From IMG/VR virus record IMGVR_UViG_2639763197_000004, positions 27,530-91,529 of that record: 64,000 bases of DNA; one strand, written 5' to 3'. The notes beneath the pieces are model-generated. The model searched no databases. It was not told the DNA's origin and saw only the letters and a list, made by a program, of their open reading frames with translations. The first letter of the stretch is position 1. Each line of letters begins with the position of its first letter. This stretch comes from a virus. Lineage: Duplodnaviria > Caudoviricetes. Position numbers and translations under genes: made by a program. This document shows, piece after piece, positions 45,312 through 55,854 of the stretch.

Positions 45312-48300
45312 ATGTCTACGATCGCTGAGCTTGGCATTGCGGTAAATTCAGGCGAAGCGGTCAAGGCCACCTCCGACCTGGAGAATCTCGCGAAGGCCGG
45401 CGCCAAGGCTGAGAAAGCGGCTGATGGTGTGTCTGCCGGCTTCGACAAGGCGGCGACCGCAACGGCGGATCTGTCGGCGTCTGAGCGCAAGCTTTCCGAG
45501 ACGCTCGACGAGGCCAAGGCCCGCCTTCTGGCAACGGCGAAGGCTTCCCTGGAGTCGAGCGAGTATTACCAGCGCTTGACCACCAGCGTGAACACCAACG
45601 CTTCCGCCATGGAGTCGTCTGGATCGTCGGTCAGCAGCCTGGCTTCGCTTCAGCGGCGCTTGCAGGCTGAATCGGATGCGCTTGTCGGCTCCACTGATCG
45701 GCAGGCCGAGGCAACCAAGAAGGCGGCTGCGGCGACCGGCGCGCAGGCCGAAGGGCTGCAAGAGCTGCTCAGCAAGCTCAACCCAACGATGGCTGCGCTC
45801 GACAAGCTCGATCAGCAGCAGGCGCAGCTGCAGAAGTACAAGGCCGCCGGCGTCATTAATGCCGATACCTTCCGCGAATACTCGACACGCATCGACGCGT
45901 CCCGGCAGAAGCTGGGCGAATTCGATGAGGGGCTTCGAAAAACCGGTATCAGTTCGGGGCAGACGCAGGCGGCGCTTCGGCAATTGCCTGCGCAGTTCAC
46001 GGACATCTTCACCAGCCTGGCGGGCGGGCAGAACCCGCTACTGGTACTGATTCAGCAGGGCGGCCAGATCAAGGACTCTTTCGGCGGCATTGGCCCGACG
46101 ATGGACGCCCTGAAAGACAAGTTCCGGTCGTTGTTTTCTGGTGGCGCCGGTGCTGCTGTGCTGGGGGAATCCCTCGCAGGTATCGCCTCGGGCGCGAAGG
46201 ACACCGCCGAGAACGCGGGCGAGGCAAGCGAAAGCCTGTCAGACCTGGCTGAAAGTTCGAACACCGCAGCGGAAGCCGCTGAGAACGCCAAGAAGGCTGT
46301 CGGAGCTATTGGTCCAGCAGTCAGTGGTGTGACGTTTAGTCTTGCGGGAATGGCGCTCGCTGTGGTCGCAGCAGTTGCTGTGCTGGGAACGTTGATCTAT
46401 GGCTACAACACCGGCAGTCAGGAGGCGGATGAGTACAAGAAGGCGCTGATCCTCACTGGCAACGCAGCTGGCACATCTGCTGGGCAACTGGCTGATCTTG
46501 CGCAACAGGTGAGCGCAACCAACGGCACCACCAGCGAGGCTGCTGCATCGCTCGCCAAGCTGGCAGCCAGCGGCGTGGTAGCCGGTGGAAGCTTCAAAGA
46601 TATCGCGGATGCTGCGGCGGCCATGGAAGACGCTACCGGTAAATCGGTGGATGCCACCATCGCTGAGTTCGTCAAGATCGCGAAGGACCCGGTTGCAGCA
46701 GCCAAAGAGCTGAACGATCAGTACCACTTTCTGACCGCATCGGTTTATTCGCAGATCGTTGCACTTAAGGAGCAGGGCGACACCATCGGCGCGGCCAAGC
46801 TGCTGACTGATACCTACGCGGATACCGTCAAAAGCCGATCCACGGAGATCACCGACAATCTGGGCTTCATAGAAAAAGCCTGGAAAGGCATCACCGACGA
46901 AGCAAAGAAATCGCTGGATGCGATCAAGAACATTGGTCGTGACGAAGGGCCAGCAAAAAGGATTATCGATTTAACGCAGAAAGTCGCTTTTGCAGAGAGC
47001 GCGCTCAAGGCCGACCCTAAAGATAGCGATGCCAAAAAGAAGCTTGCAGAGTCCAAGCTAGAGCTCGACTTCCTCGTAAAGCAGCGGGATACCCAGGACG
47101 CAATAAACAAGGCCCAGGCCCTCTATCAGAGCAAGCAGGATAAGGCTCAGGATTCGCAGCGGACATTCGATGCGAGAGAAAAATCATTCCGTACCAACGA
47201 GCAGAAGCGTAATGCTGAACTCAAGGAGCTGGATCGGGAGCTGAAGTCGTTTCGTGATGCAGATCCGAACGACCCGCGCCTTGAGCAGTCGCGGGTAGAC
47301 AAGCAGCGCGCGAACATCAATGCCAAGTTCAAGGACCCCAAGGGTGCATCATCCGCCGGCGCTGTAGACCTCACGGCATACAACGATGCGCAGAACGCGC
47401 TCAAGGGTATTCAGGACGAATACGCCAACACCCAGAAGCAGTTGGACGCCGCGCAGAAGGCCGGGTTGATCTCGCAAGCTGATTACGCGATACAGCGTGC
47501 AGTTTTGATCAGAGCTGAAAAGGACGAGGTAACCGCCGGTTACGAAGCGGAGATATCCGCTCTTGAAGCCGCCCAGGGCAAAAAGACCACCACCGCCGCG
47601 CAAAGCATCGAGCTAGATAAGAAGATTGCCGACGCGCGAGCAGGGATGGTAAAGGCGCAGAAGGACGCCGACAGCCAGCTAGAGGTGCTGGCTACCAATG
47701 AGACCGGGCGACTCGCCAAGCAGGAGCGGGCTATCAGCTCATACGTGCAGGCGCTGGGGCAGCAACAGCGGGCCCTGGAGCTTGCCGGCCAGCGTGCAGT
47801 GCTCGGCGTTGGCCAGGGAGATCGGCAGAACGCGCTCAACGGAGAGCTGAACAGTCAGCAAGATCGGTTTGCTCAGCAGTCGCTGGATCTGGAAAACCAG
47901 CGCTCCGATCCATCGCGCAATATGTCGGACGAAGAGTTCACCCGAAAATCGCAGGCGCTCGCCGATGCGAACAAGAAGGCGACCGACCAGATCCGGCAAA
48001 ACTACGCGGATGTGGAGGCCGCTCAGGGCGATTGGACGAAGGGCGCTACATCGGCCTGGGCCAACTACCTGGATTCGGCGCAAAACATCGCAGGGCAGAC
48101 CAAGAGCCTGTTCGGCAACGCGTTCAGCTCGATGGAGGATTCAATCGTCAACTTCGCCATGACCGGGAAGCTGTCGTTTGCTGACTTCACCAAGTCGATC
48201 CTGGCAGACATGGCGCGCATTGCCACCCGCCAGGCCAGTTCGGCATTGTTGGGCAGTTTGGTGGGGGCAGCGGCCAGCTACTTGGGCGGCAGCGCCGCGG

Positions 48301-48758
48301 GTGGCGGCAATGGGCTGGCAGCTGGGTCTGCTGGTGCCACATCGTCAAACCTCGGCGCGTCCTCGGCCGGTTATTCAGGTACCTACCTCAGTGGCTTCAG
48401 GGCAACTGGCGGCCCCGTTGATCCGAACTCTCTGTACCAGGTGAACGAACTCGGTCCAGAGCTCTACAACGAGGGAGGGAAGTCGTACCTGATGACGGGT
48501 GCAAACGGCGGGAGTGTTACGCCACTTACTTCAGGGGGCGGCGCAGGTTTGTCGGGTATTTCTGGAGCCGGGGCTGCGCAGATCAGTGTTTCGGTAACGC
48601 TTAACAGTGATGGATCGAGCAAGACGGAAACGAACACCCCAGGCCTTGAGCAGTTCGGCAAGGATATTGGGGCGTTCGTTGATACTCGGTACAGGAAGCT
48701 TTTATCTATGGATCTGCGTCCTGATGGAGCCATTGGCAGGGCAATGAATCGTCGATGA
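45312..48758 (+). CDS. Tape measure protein (lambda H-like)
   Basis: 1148 aa Ala-rich; QLPAQFTDIFTSLAGGQNP; C-terminal FRATGG. Confidence 0.93.
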   Translation: MSTIAELGIAVNSGEAVKATSDLENLAKAGAKAEKAADGVSAGFDKAATATADLSASERKLSETLDEAKARLLATAKASLESSEYYQRLTTSVNTNASAMESSGSSVSSLASLQRRLQAESDALVGSTDRQAEATKKAAAATGAQAEGLQELLSKLNPTMAALDKLDQQQAQLQKYKAAGVINADTFREYSTRIDASRQKLGEFDEGLRKTGISSGQTQAALRQLPAQFTDIFTSLAGGQNPLLVLIQQGGQIKDSFGGIGPTMDALKDKFRSLFSGGAGAAVLGESLAGIASGAKDTAENAGEASESLSDLAESSNTAAEAAENAKKAVGAIGPAVSGVTFSLAGMALAVVAAVAVLGTLIYGYNTGSQEADEYKKALILTGNAAGTSAGQLADLAQQVSATNGTTSEAAASLAKLAASGVVAGGSFKDIADAAAAMEDATGKSVDATIAEFVKIAKDPVAAAKELNDQYHFLTASVYSQIVALKEQGDTIGAAKLLTDTYADTVKSRSTEITDNLGFIEKAWKGITDEAKKSLDAIKNIGRDEGPAKRIIDLTQKVAFAESALKADPKDSDAKKKLAESKLELDFLVKQRDTQDAINKAQALYQSKQDKAQDSQRTFDAREKSFRTNEQKRNAELKELDRELKSFRDADPNDPRLEQSRVDKQRANINAKFKDPKGASSAGAVDLTAYNDAQNALKGIQDEYANTQKQLDAAQKAGLISQADYAIQRAVLIRAEKDEVTAGYEAEISALEAAQGKKTTTAAQSIELDKKIADARAGMVKAQKDADSQLEVLATNETGRLAKQERAISSYVQALGQQQRALELAGQRAVLGVGQGDRQNALNGELNSQQDRFAQQSLDLENQRSDPSRNMSDEEFTRKSQALADANKKATDQIRQNYADVEAAQGDWTKGATSAWANYLDSAQNIAGQTKSLFGNAFSSMEDSIVNFAMTGKLSFADFTKSILADMARIATRQASSALLGSLVGAAASYLGGSAAGGGNGLAAGSAGATSSNLGASSAGYSGTYLSGFRATGGPVDPNSLYQVNELGPELYNEGGKSYLMTGANGGSVTPLTSGGGAGLSGISGAGAAQISVSVTLNSDGSSKTETNTPGLEQFGKDIGAFVDTRYRKLLSMDLRPDGAIGRAMNRR

Positions 48759-48761
48759 CTG

Positions 48762-48977
48762 TTAGGTCAGGGAGGACCGCACCTTGTCGAGCACTAGTTT
48801 TTCTAGCTGATTGAAGGTGAGATCGCGCGCGCCTTCATGCTCAAAGGTGACGCCGATTCTGCCCCCGCCCTGGCCGCCGGGTATGTCGAGGCGAACATCG
48901 ACGCTGCCGCAGATGCTTGATTTTCCCGACTCTGCGAAGTGGTCATCGACACTCAGTTCCAACACTTTAAGTTCCAT
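48762..48977 (-). CDS. Small antisense moron ORF between H and M
   Basis: 71 aa with SD GAGG, fills the intergenic gap. Confidence 0.6.
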   Translation of the reverse strand: MELKVLELSVDDHFAESGKSSICGSVDVRLDIPGGQGGGRIGVTFEHEGARDLTFNQLEKLVLDKVRSSLT

Positions 48978-49023
48978 AAACGCCTCTTTCCTTGATTAAA
49001 AAATCATTCTATCCGGAGCCGTC

Positions 49024-49362
49024 ATGGTAATCGAGACTTTCGCCTGGGCAACGCAGAATGGGGATTCGCCAACATTTGAATACAGGACCAGAGAGTCCCG
49101 GTTCGGTGGAGGCTACAAGCAAGTTGTTGGTGATGGGCCAAACAATAAAGAGGACTCATACCCAATCACGCACACCGGTAGCAAGGCGAGAGTGCTTGAA
49201 GTTATGGCCTTCTTCGACCGGCACGGCGGAGCGAAGGCGTTCCTCTGGACAACCCCGCTTGGCGAGCTTGGGCTTTTCACATGCAAGGATCCTGTACCGA
49301 CGCCCGTCGGCGGCGGGGTCTTCAAGCTGACGGCGACGTTCGAGCGTGCGTTCCACCCATAA
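49024..49362 (+). CDS. Minor tail protein M-like
   Basis: FFDRHGGAKAFLWTTP. Confidence 0.88.
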   Translation: MVIETFAWATQNGDSPTFEYRTRESRFGGGYKQVVGDGPNNKEDSYPITHTGSKARVLEVMAFFDRHGGAKAFLWTTPLGELGLFTCKDPVPTPVGGGVFKLTATFERAFHP

Positions 49363-49371
49363 GGAGCTCCC

Positions 49372-50121
49372 ATGTCACTTATCAGTGATATCCAGACTCT
49401 AGAGCCTGGTAGTGAAGTACTGCTGTTTGAGTTGGATGGCTCCGACTATGGAGCTGACATCTTAAGGTTTCACGGTCACGCCATTCCGCACACGCCCGAG
49501 GATTTGTTGGCTGCAGGCGTGAATGCAGACCAGTTGCCTGCCAAATCCATCTGGTGGCAGGGAAACGAGTATGCCGCCTGGCCAATGCAGATCGACGGGA
49601 TCGAGGCAAATTCGGACGGCACCGCAGTGCGGCCAACATTGACGGTGGGTAACGTCAACGGTCGTATTACGGCGCTTTGTTTGGCTTTCGACAATCTGCT
49701 CGAATTCCAACTGACGATGCATCTCACCCTGGCTCAGTACCTGGACGCTGCCAACTTCCCCGAGGGCAATCCCGAGGCTGATCCGGGGGAGGAGGCGCTT
49801 GAGGTTTGGTACGTGGATCAGAAGATATCTGAGAACGGCACCACTGTGGCTTGGGAGCTCGCCAGCCCCGGCGACGTTGGTGGTGAGACGATCGGTCGGC
49901 AGATGACAACCCTGTGCCACTGGGCGATGACCAACGGCTACCGAGGGCCGAACTGCGGATACACCGGCCCTTACCGCGACAAGGATGGCAACCTGACCGA
50001 CAACCCCGTGCTGGACGAGTGCGACGGTTGTATGGGTACCGGGTGCGTACCGCGTTTTGGCGTCGGCAACCCGCTGCCGTACGGGGGATTTCCCGCTGTG
50101 TCCCTCATCGCCAGGAGCTGA
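49372..50121 (+). CDS. Minor tail protein L-like
   Basis: RPTLTVGN; Cys cluster CHW...CGY..C..C. Confidence 0.9.
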   Translation: MSLISDIQTLEPGSEVLLFELDGSDYGADILRFHGHAIPHTPEDLLAAGVNADQLPAKSIWWQGNEYAAWPMQIDGIEANSDGTAVRPTLTVGNVNGRITALCLAFDNLLEFQLTMHLTLAQYLDAANFPEGNPEADPGEEALEVWYVDQKISENGTTVAWELASPGDVGGETIGRQMTTLCHWAMTNGYRGPNCGYTGPYRDKDGNLTDNPVLDECDGCMGTGCVPRFGVGNPLPYGGFPAVSLIARS

Positions 50122-50124
50122 AAA

Positions 50125-50880
50125 ATGCGCAAACACATCATTGCGGCTATCCAGGCGCATGCGGCAGCCGAGTACCCGAAAGAGTGCTGCGGGCTTTTGA
50201 TTTCCGTGGGCCGGGCGCAGAAGTACTTCCCGTGCCGGAACATCGCCATGGAGCCGAATGAAGAATTCCAGCTCGATCCCGAGGACTATGCCGCGGCTGA
50301 AGATATTGGCGAGGTGATGGGGGTTGTCCATTCACACCCTGATGCGACCTCCAGGCCATCACCTCACGACTTGGCCATGTGTGAGGCCACGGCCTTGCCC
50401 TGGCACATTTTGTCTTGGCCTGAAGGGGATATAAGGACGATCACACCGACAGGCAGTGTGCCGCTACTCAAGCGACCGTTTGTTCATGGAGTTTGGGACT
50501 GTTGGGCGGTATGCGCCGAGTGGTACCAGCGTGAGTGGGGGCTGGAGTTCGAAGCCTTCCAGCGTGCCGATGGCTGGTGGGAGAGTGCTGATAGCGCCAG
50601 CCTGTACGAGCAACATTATGAGGCCGCTGGGTTCATCCGAGTAGACAGACCGCAGCGTGGCGACATGATCGTGATGGCTGTAGGTCGCACTGCGCACCCG
50701 AACCACGCCGGCATCTATCTGGGCAGTGCCCCCGCGCTACCCGGTGAGCAGACCGAGGTCTTCGGCTCCGGTCCGTTCCTGCTGCACCACCTGTATGGCA
50801 GGCCGTCAGAAATCATCGTTTTTGGTGGGCCATGGTTCGACCGGACCCGCCTGGTGCTGCGCCACCATGATGCGAGGTGA
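50125..50880 (+). CDS. Tail tip assembly K-like (JAB + NlpC/P60)
   Basis: YPKECCG, VHSHPD, DC, HAGIY. Confidence 0.9.
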   Translation: MRKHIIAAIQAHAAAEYPKECCGLLISVGRAQKYFPCRNIAMEPNEEFQLDPEDYAAAEDIGEVMGVVHSHPDATSRPSPHDLAMCEATALPWHILSWPEGDIRTITPTGSVPLLKRPFVHGVWDCWAVCAEWYQREWGLEFEAFQRADGWWESADSASLYEQHYEAAGFIRVDRPQRGDMIVMAVGRTAHPNHAGIYLGSAPALPGEQTEVFGSGPFLLHHLYGRPSEIIVFGGPWFDRTRLVLRHHDAR

Positions 50881-50910
50881 TACATTGAGCGCTTTCGAGG
50901 GAGAGAAGAA

Positions 50911-51255
50911 ATGCGAATTCTGATCGGGGCGTTGGGCTTGGCGTTGGTCGCGGGGTGTGTTTCTCCAGCAGATCTGGAAAGTAATAAGCCGAGTATTGCG
51001 GCGAACACCAAGAAAGACCCAAAAAGGTACGCGCTCTGTGTGTTCCCGAAATGGCAGGCAGCCAGAACAGATTCATCGATGGTCGAGACTGAATCCGGGT
51101 ATCGGCTATGGGTCGCGAGCAACAACATGGCGGACGAGCTTCTTGATATCACAAAAAACGCTGATGGTAGCTCTGTAACTCTGCGGCAGCGAATGCCGTG
51201 GTCGGCGATGCTTGGGCGATCCAGCATAGAATCGGCGGTTAAGTCTTGCCTCTAA
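50911..51255 (+). CDS. Lipoprotein moron between K and I
   Basis: Lipobox LVAGC; followed by terminator at 51273-51293. Confidence 0.8.
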   Translation: MRILIGALGLALVAGCVSPADLESNKPSIAANTKKDPKRYALCVFPKWQAARTDSSMVETESGYRLWVASNNMADELLDITKNADGSSVTLRQRMPWSAMLGRSSIESAVKSCL

Positions 51256-51310
51256 TTACACGACCAACCAAGGCCGCCTACGGGCGGTTTTTTATTGCCA
51301 GGAGAAAAGT

Positions 51311-51895
51311 ATGGCTGCAACGGTAGTGCACTACACCCCTATGGCCAGCATAAAGTTCTCGGGCTCTCTGGCGCAGAGGTTTGGCCGCCTGCATCGCAGG
51401 CAAATTGACTCAGGTTCTGGCTGGGAAGTTTTTCGGGCACTGAACGCGACCCTGGAGGGCTTCGAGGAAGAAATCAAACGGCTTGGCCGCTTAGGGATGC
51501 GCTTCGCTATTTTCAGAAACAGAAAAAACGTTGGCCCGGATGAGCTCGGTCGTGGCGGAACCAAAGAAATTCGAATCGTGCCGGTAGTGGAAGGCAGTAA
51601 GCGAGGAGGAATTCTGCAAACGATAATTGGTGCGGTATTACTTGTGGCGAGTATTTGGTTTCCTTCTCTGGCTCCGGCCGGTATCGCAATGGTCGCTGGT
51701 GGCGTAATCCAAATGCTAAGCCCTCAGGCCAAAGGCCTTTCCCAGAGCGGAAATCCTGAAAACATGCCTTCCTACGCTTTCGGATCTGCCAAGAACACTA
51801 CGGCTAGCGGCAACCCGGTCCCGATCTGCATCGGCCGGCGCCGGTGGGGTGGGGCGATCATCTCTGCCTCGATCTACGCCCAAGACAAGGCGTAG
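51311..51895 (+). CDS. Tail assembly protein I-like
   Basis: IRIVPVVEGSKRGG...SYAF...GNPVP. Confidence 0.9.
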   Translation: MAATVVHYTPMASIKFSGSLAQRFGRLHRRQIDSGSGWEVFRALNATLEGFEEEIKRLGRLGMRFAIFRNRKNVGPDELGRGGTKEIRIVPVVEGSKRGGILQTIIGAVLLVASIWFPSLAPAGIAMVAGGVIQMLSPQAKGLSQSGNPENMPSYAFGSAKNTTASGNPVPICIGRRRWGGAIISASIYAQDKA

Positions 51896-51954
51896 CGCTC
51901 ATCACCAAATATTACAGAACGCCTCCGGGCGTTTTTTTATGCCTGGAGAAAAAC

Positions 51955-54900
51955 GTGGACGCAGCAGCTCACATTGATGTTACCGGTTCGAAGGGTGGCG
52001 AGAAGAAGCCGAAGGCCCCGGTAGAGGCGCCGGACAGTCTCCGCTCCACGAACATTGCCAAGATCCTGCTGGCGGTGGGCGAGGGCGAGTTTGATGGCAC
52101 GCCGGCCGCGCGTGACATTTATCTCGACAACACGCCGATCATGGACGCCAACGGAAATCTAAATTTCCCGGGCGTGAAGTGGGAGTGGCGGCCAGGCACG
52201 GTGGAGCAGGAATACATACGGGGTATCCCTTCAGTTGAAAACGAAACCACCGTCAACGTCGAGCTGCGTAGTGACAATCCCTTCACCCGCACATTGAGTA
52301 ACATCCAACTCTCCAGGCTGCGCGTGCGATTCGCTTGGCCGCGCCTGGTGAGCCAAGACGGCAGCGGCAACACCAATGGCTATCGGATCGAGTACGCCAT
52401 CGACATCTCTACCGATGGCGGCGCGTTCGTGGAATCGCTGCGCGGGGCTGTGGACGGCAAGACCACCAACGGTTATCAGCGCTCCGAGCCCGTGAGTCTC
52501 CCGAGCGCCACTTTAGGCTGGGCCTTCCGAGTGCGCCGCCTCACCCCGAACGCCAACGCCGGAACGATCGCTGACACGATGACCATCGCGGGATACACCG
52601 AGATCATCGACCAGAAACTGCGGTACCCGAATACCGCGCTGCTGTACATCGAGTTCGACGCCGAGCAGTTCCAGAACATCCCGGCTGTTACCGTCAACTG
52701 CAACGGCCAGCGCTGGCCAGTACCGAGCAACTATGACCCCGTATCTAGGACCTACACCGGGGCGTGGGATGGCACGTTCAAACTGGCCTGGACGAACAAT
52801 CCGGTGTGGGCTACCTACGGCATCTGCATCAATGATCGTTTTGGCCTTGGCAAGCGCATCCAGAGCTGGATGGTCGACAAATGGGAGATGTACCGCATCG
52901 GCCAATACTGTGATCAACAGGTGTCGAACGGGGTTGGAGGCATGGAGCCGCGCTATCTGTGTGATCTGAACCTGCAAGGCAAGGTCGAGGCCTGGACGCT
53001 GCTGCGTGACCTGTCGGCAATCTATCGCGGAATGGTTTACTGGGCGCAGGGCTCGCTGTACATGCAGGCCGACATGCCGCGCGCGCAGGACATCGATTAC
53101 ACCTTCACCCGTTCGAATGTCATCGACGGCGACTTCGTCTACGGCGGCGCCGAGCGTGACACGCATTACAGTCGCGCCCTGGTCAGCTATGACAACCCGC
53201 TCAACAACTTCGACACCGATGTAATACCGGTGACTGACGCAGCCCTCCAGCGCCGGTACCGCGACCGGCCCATTGAAATCTCGGCGATCGGCTGCACGCG
53301 GGCCAGTGAGGCCCAGCGCCGCGGCAAGTGGGCGCTGCTCAGTAACAGCCAAGACCGCACCGTATCGTTCAAGACGGGCATGGAAGGGGCGAGCGTCTTG
53401 CCAGGTTTCGTGATACCCGTCGCTGACGAGCTGGTGGCGGGAAGGCCGAATGGCGGGCGCATCTCTGCGGTGTCGGGACGCGCCGTGACGTTGGACCGTG
53501 ACACGCCGGTGAAGGCCGGTGACCGCTTGATCGTCAACCTTCCGAACGGTACGGCTCAGGCAAGGACCGTAGAGTCTGTTGCCGACCGCACCGTGACGGT
53601 GACCACTGTTTACACGCTGCAGCCCGAGCCGCAACTGCAATGGGCGATTGACTACGAGGATCTGGCCGTTCAGTTGTTCCGCGTGCTCAAGCGCAAGCGC
53701 ACAGCCGAAGGTGAGTACGAGTTCACCGCCCTGGAGTTCAACCCCGGCAAGTTCGCGGCGATCGACAACGGCGCCAAACTGGAAGAGCGCCCAATCAGCG
53801 TTATCCCGGTGACCACCGTCCCGGCCCCGGTCAGCGTCAACCTGACCTCTGGTCACGCTATTGATCAGGGTATCGCGGTAAACACACTGACGATTGAGTG
53901 GCCTGCGGTTGAGGGGGCGGTCGCCTATGACATTGAGTGGCGCAAGGACAGCAACAACTGGATCAAGCTGCAGCGCACTGGCTCGACCAGTGTAGATGTC
54001 ACGGGTATTTACTCGGGGGCGTATCTGGCCCGGGTGCGTGCGGTGAGCGCCTTTGACATCACATCGCAATGGCGAAACTCGATCCTGACCAACCTGGAAG
54101 GCAAAGTCGGCCTTCCGCCGGCGGTGGCGTTCCTGACCACCACCAGCATGGTCTATGGCATCGGCATCCAGTGGGGTTTTCCACCAGGTGCAGAGGACAC
54201 CCAGCGCACGGAGGTCTGGTATAGCGAGTCGCCGGACCTGACGACGGCCGAGAAGCTGAGCGATTTCAGCTACCCCCAAGCGTCTCATGAGATGTACATC
54301 CCCGTGGCCGGCGCGTCGTTCTTCTTCTGGGCTCGGCTAGTTGACCGCACCGGCAATATTGGACCGTTCTACCCGGTACCCGGCGCAGTAAACGGCGCAT
54401 CAAGTTCCGTCCAAAGCGAATACGAGAAACACTTCGAAGGGATGATCAGCAAAGGTTCGCTGTACCAGAGCCTGCGCGAAGAGATCGAGCTGATCTCTGG
54501 CGATGGGCCTGGGTCCGTCAATGATCGGCTGACGGAGGCCAAGGCAGAGCTGGAGGGGCTGCTGGGACAGATCACCGGGGCAGAGCCATACGACCCTGCG
54601 AAGCCATACGGCGCCGGCGCATTCACGCAAAAGGATGGGCACCTGTACCAGGCGACTGGCCCGGTACCGGCCGGCGAAGCACCGCCAAACCCGCTGTACT
54701 GGAAGGATATCGGCACGATCCTGCAAACCACCGACGCGCTGGCCCAGCAGGTTCAACTGGTCACCAGCATGATCGAAGAGATCGAGGGCCAGGTGGTGGC
54801 CACCGCGACATCGGTTGAGGCATTGCGCTCGGCCGCCCGTGGCGATGATGGTGCGGGCGACCTGGCGGACGCGGTGAAGGGCTGGCAATCGACGGCTGAT

Positions 54901-55824
54901 CTCGGGATTGAGAAGCGCACGCGAGCTTCTGAAAGCGATGCAATGGCGCGGCAACTGACCACGCTCAACGCCAGGGTAGGGGCGAACCAGTCCGGGCTGA
55001 CCGTGCTGGAGCAGGTGGTGGCCACCAACAAGCAGACGGCAGCCACCCAACTGACTCAGCTCAAAAGCGACTTGGAGTTGACCGAAGGGAAGGTCGCTGG
55101 GAATGCGCAGGCAATCACCGGCCTCGACACCAAGGTCACTAACCTCGACGGGAAGGTCACGTCTCAAGCGTCCAGTAATGAGGCGCTGCGGGCTTCGGTG
55201 CGCGGCGATGATGGTGCCGGCGATCTTGCCGGCGCTATCAAGGCCTGGGAGGCGGCGGCCAGCTTTGAGGTTGAGAAGAAGGTGCAGGCTTCCGCTAACC
55301 AGGCGCTGGCCAGAACCTCGGAAACCCTGCAGTCGAGCATCGGCGAGACCAACGCCTCGGTTCAGCAAGTGAGCGAGACGGTTGTCGATCTCAACGGCAA
55401 GGTGTCCGCTCAGACGACGATCAAAACCAAGACCACCGCCAACGGCAAGACAGTAATGGCGGCCTTGGCACTGGGTAGCGATGGGGAAACGTCGGAGATC
55501 CTGGCGTTTGCGCAGCGCTTCGCGATTGTCGATGAGGTCAGTGGGCAGTTGATTACGCCGTTCGTTGTGAGCGGTGGCCAGGTGTTCATCAACCAGGCGG
55601 TGATCAACAAGGCATTTATCCAGGAGATCATCCTGGGCATGACGCTGCGATCTGAGGCTGTCGACTCTAGGGGGCGCCCGCTGCTGGAGATAAATGTGAA
55701 GGCGGGCACATTCGTACTTCGCGGCGATGGTACTGGCGGATCGATTCTGCTCAATAACAACGGCCTTGCTGTGTATGACGGTAATGACGTGCGTCGGACT
55801 ATGACCGGCAATCTAAGGCTTTGA
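51955..55824 (+). CDS. Central tail fibre/tip protein J-like
   Basis: GSKGG, YPNTA, WTNNP, FN3 region, coiled coil, C-terminal DUF1983-like. Confidence 0.93.
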   Translation: MDAAAHIDVTGSKGGEKKPKAPVEAPDSLRSTNIAKILLAVGEGEFDGTPAARDIYLDNTPIMDANGNLNFPGVKWEWRPGTVEQEYIRGIPSVENETTVNVELRSDNPFTRTLSNIQLSRLRVRFAWPRLVSQDGSGNTNGYRIEYAIDISTDGGAFVESLRGAVDGKTTNGYQRSEPVSLPSATLGWAFRVRRLTPNANAGTIADTMTIAGYTEIIDQKLRYPNTALLYIEFDAEQFQNIPAVTVNCNGQRWPVPSNYDPVSRTYTGAWDGTFKLAWTNNPVWATYGICINDRFGLGKRIQSWMVDKWEMYRIGQYCDQQVSNGVGGMEPRYLCDLNLQGKVEAWTLLRDLSAIYRGMVYWAQGSLYMQADMPRAQDIDYTFTRSNVIDGDFVYGGAERDTHYSRALVSYDNPLNNFDTDVIPVTDAALQRRYRDRPIEISAIGCTRASEAQRRGKWALLSNSQDRTVSFKTGMEGASVLPGFVIPVADELVAGRPNGGRISAVSGRAVTLDRDTPVKAGDRLIVNLPNGTAQARTVESVADRTVTVTTVYTLQPEPQLQWAIDYEDLAVQLFRVLKRKRTAEGEYEFTALEFNPGKFAAIDNGAKLEERPISVIPVTTVPAPVSVNLTSGHAIDQGIAVNTLTIEWPAVEGAVAYDIEWRKDSNNWIKLQRTGSTSVDVTGIYSGAYLARVRAVSAFDITSQWRNSILTNLEGKVGLPPAVAFLTTTSMVYGIGIQWGFPPGAEDTQRTEVWYSESPDLTTAEKLSDFSYPQASHEMYIPVAGASFFFWARLVDRTGNIGPFYPVPGAVNGASSSVQSEYEKHFEGMISKGSLYQSLREEIELISGDGPGSVNDRLTEAKAELEGLLGQITGAEPYDPAKPYGAGAFTQKDGHLYQATGPVPAGEAPPNPLYWKDIGTILQTTDALAQQVQLVTSMIEEIEGQVVATATSVEALRSAARGDDGAGDLADAVKGWQSTADLGIEKRTRASESDAMARQLTTLNARVGANQSGLTVLEQVVATNKQTAATQLTQLKSDLELTEGKVAGNAQAITGLDTKVTNLDGKVTSQASSNEALRASVRGDDGAGDLAGAIKAWEAAASFEVEKKVQASANQALARTSETLQSSIGETNASVQQVSETVVDLNGKVSAQTTIKTKTTANGKTVMAALALGSDGETSEILAFAQRFAIVDEVSGQLITPFVVSGGQVFINQAVINKAFIQEIILGMTLRSEAVDSRGRPLLEINVKAGTFVLRGDGTGGSILLNNNGLAVYDGNDVRRTMTGNLRL

Positions 55825-55854
55825 CTGGGTTGAAGTTGCAGGGGAGGTGTGGGC

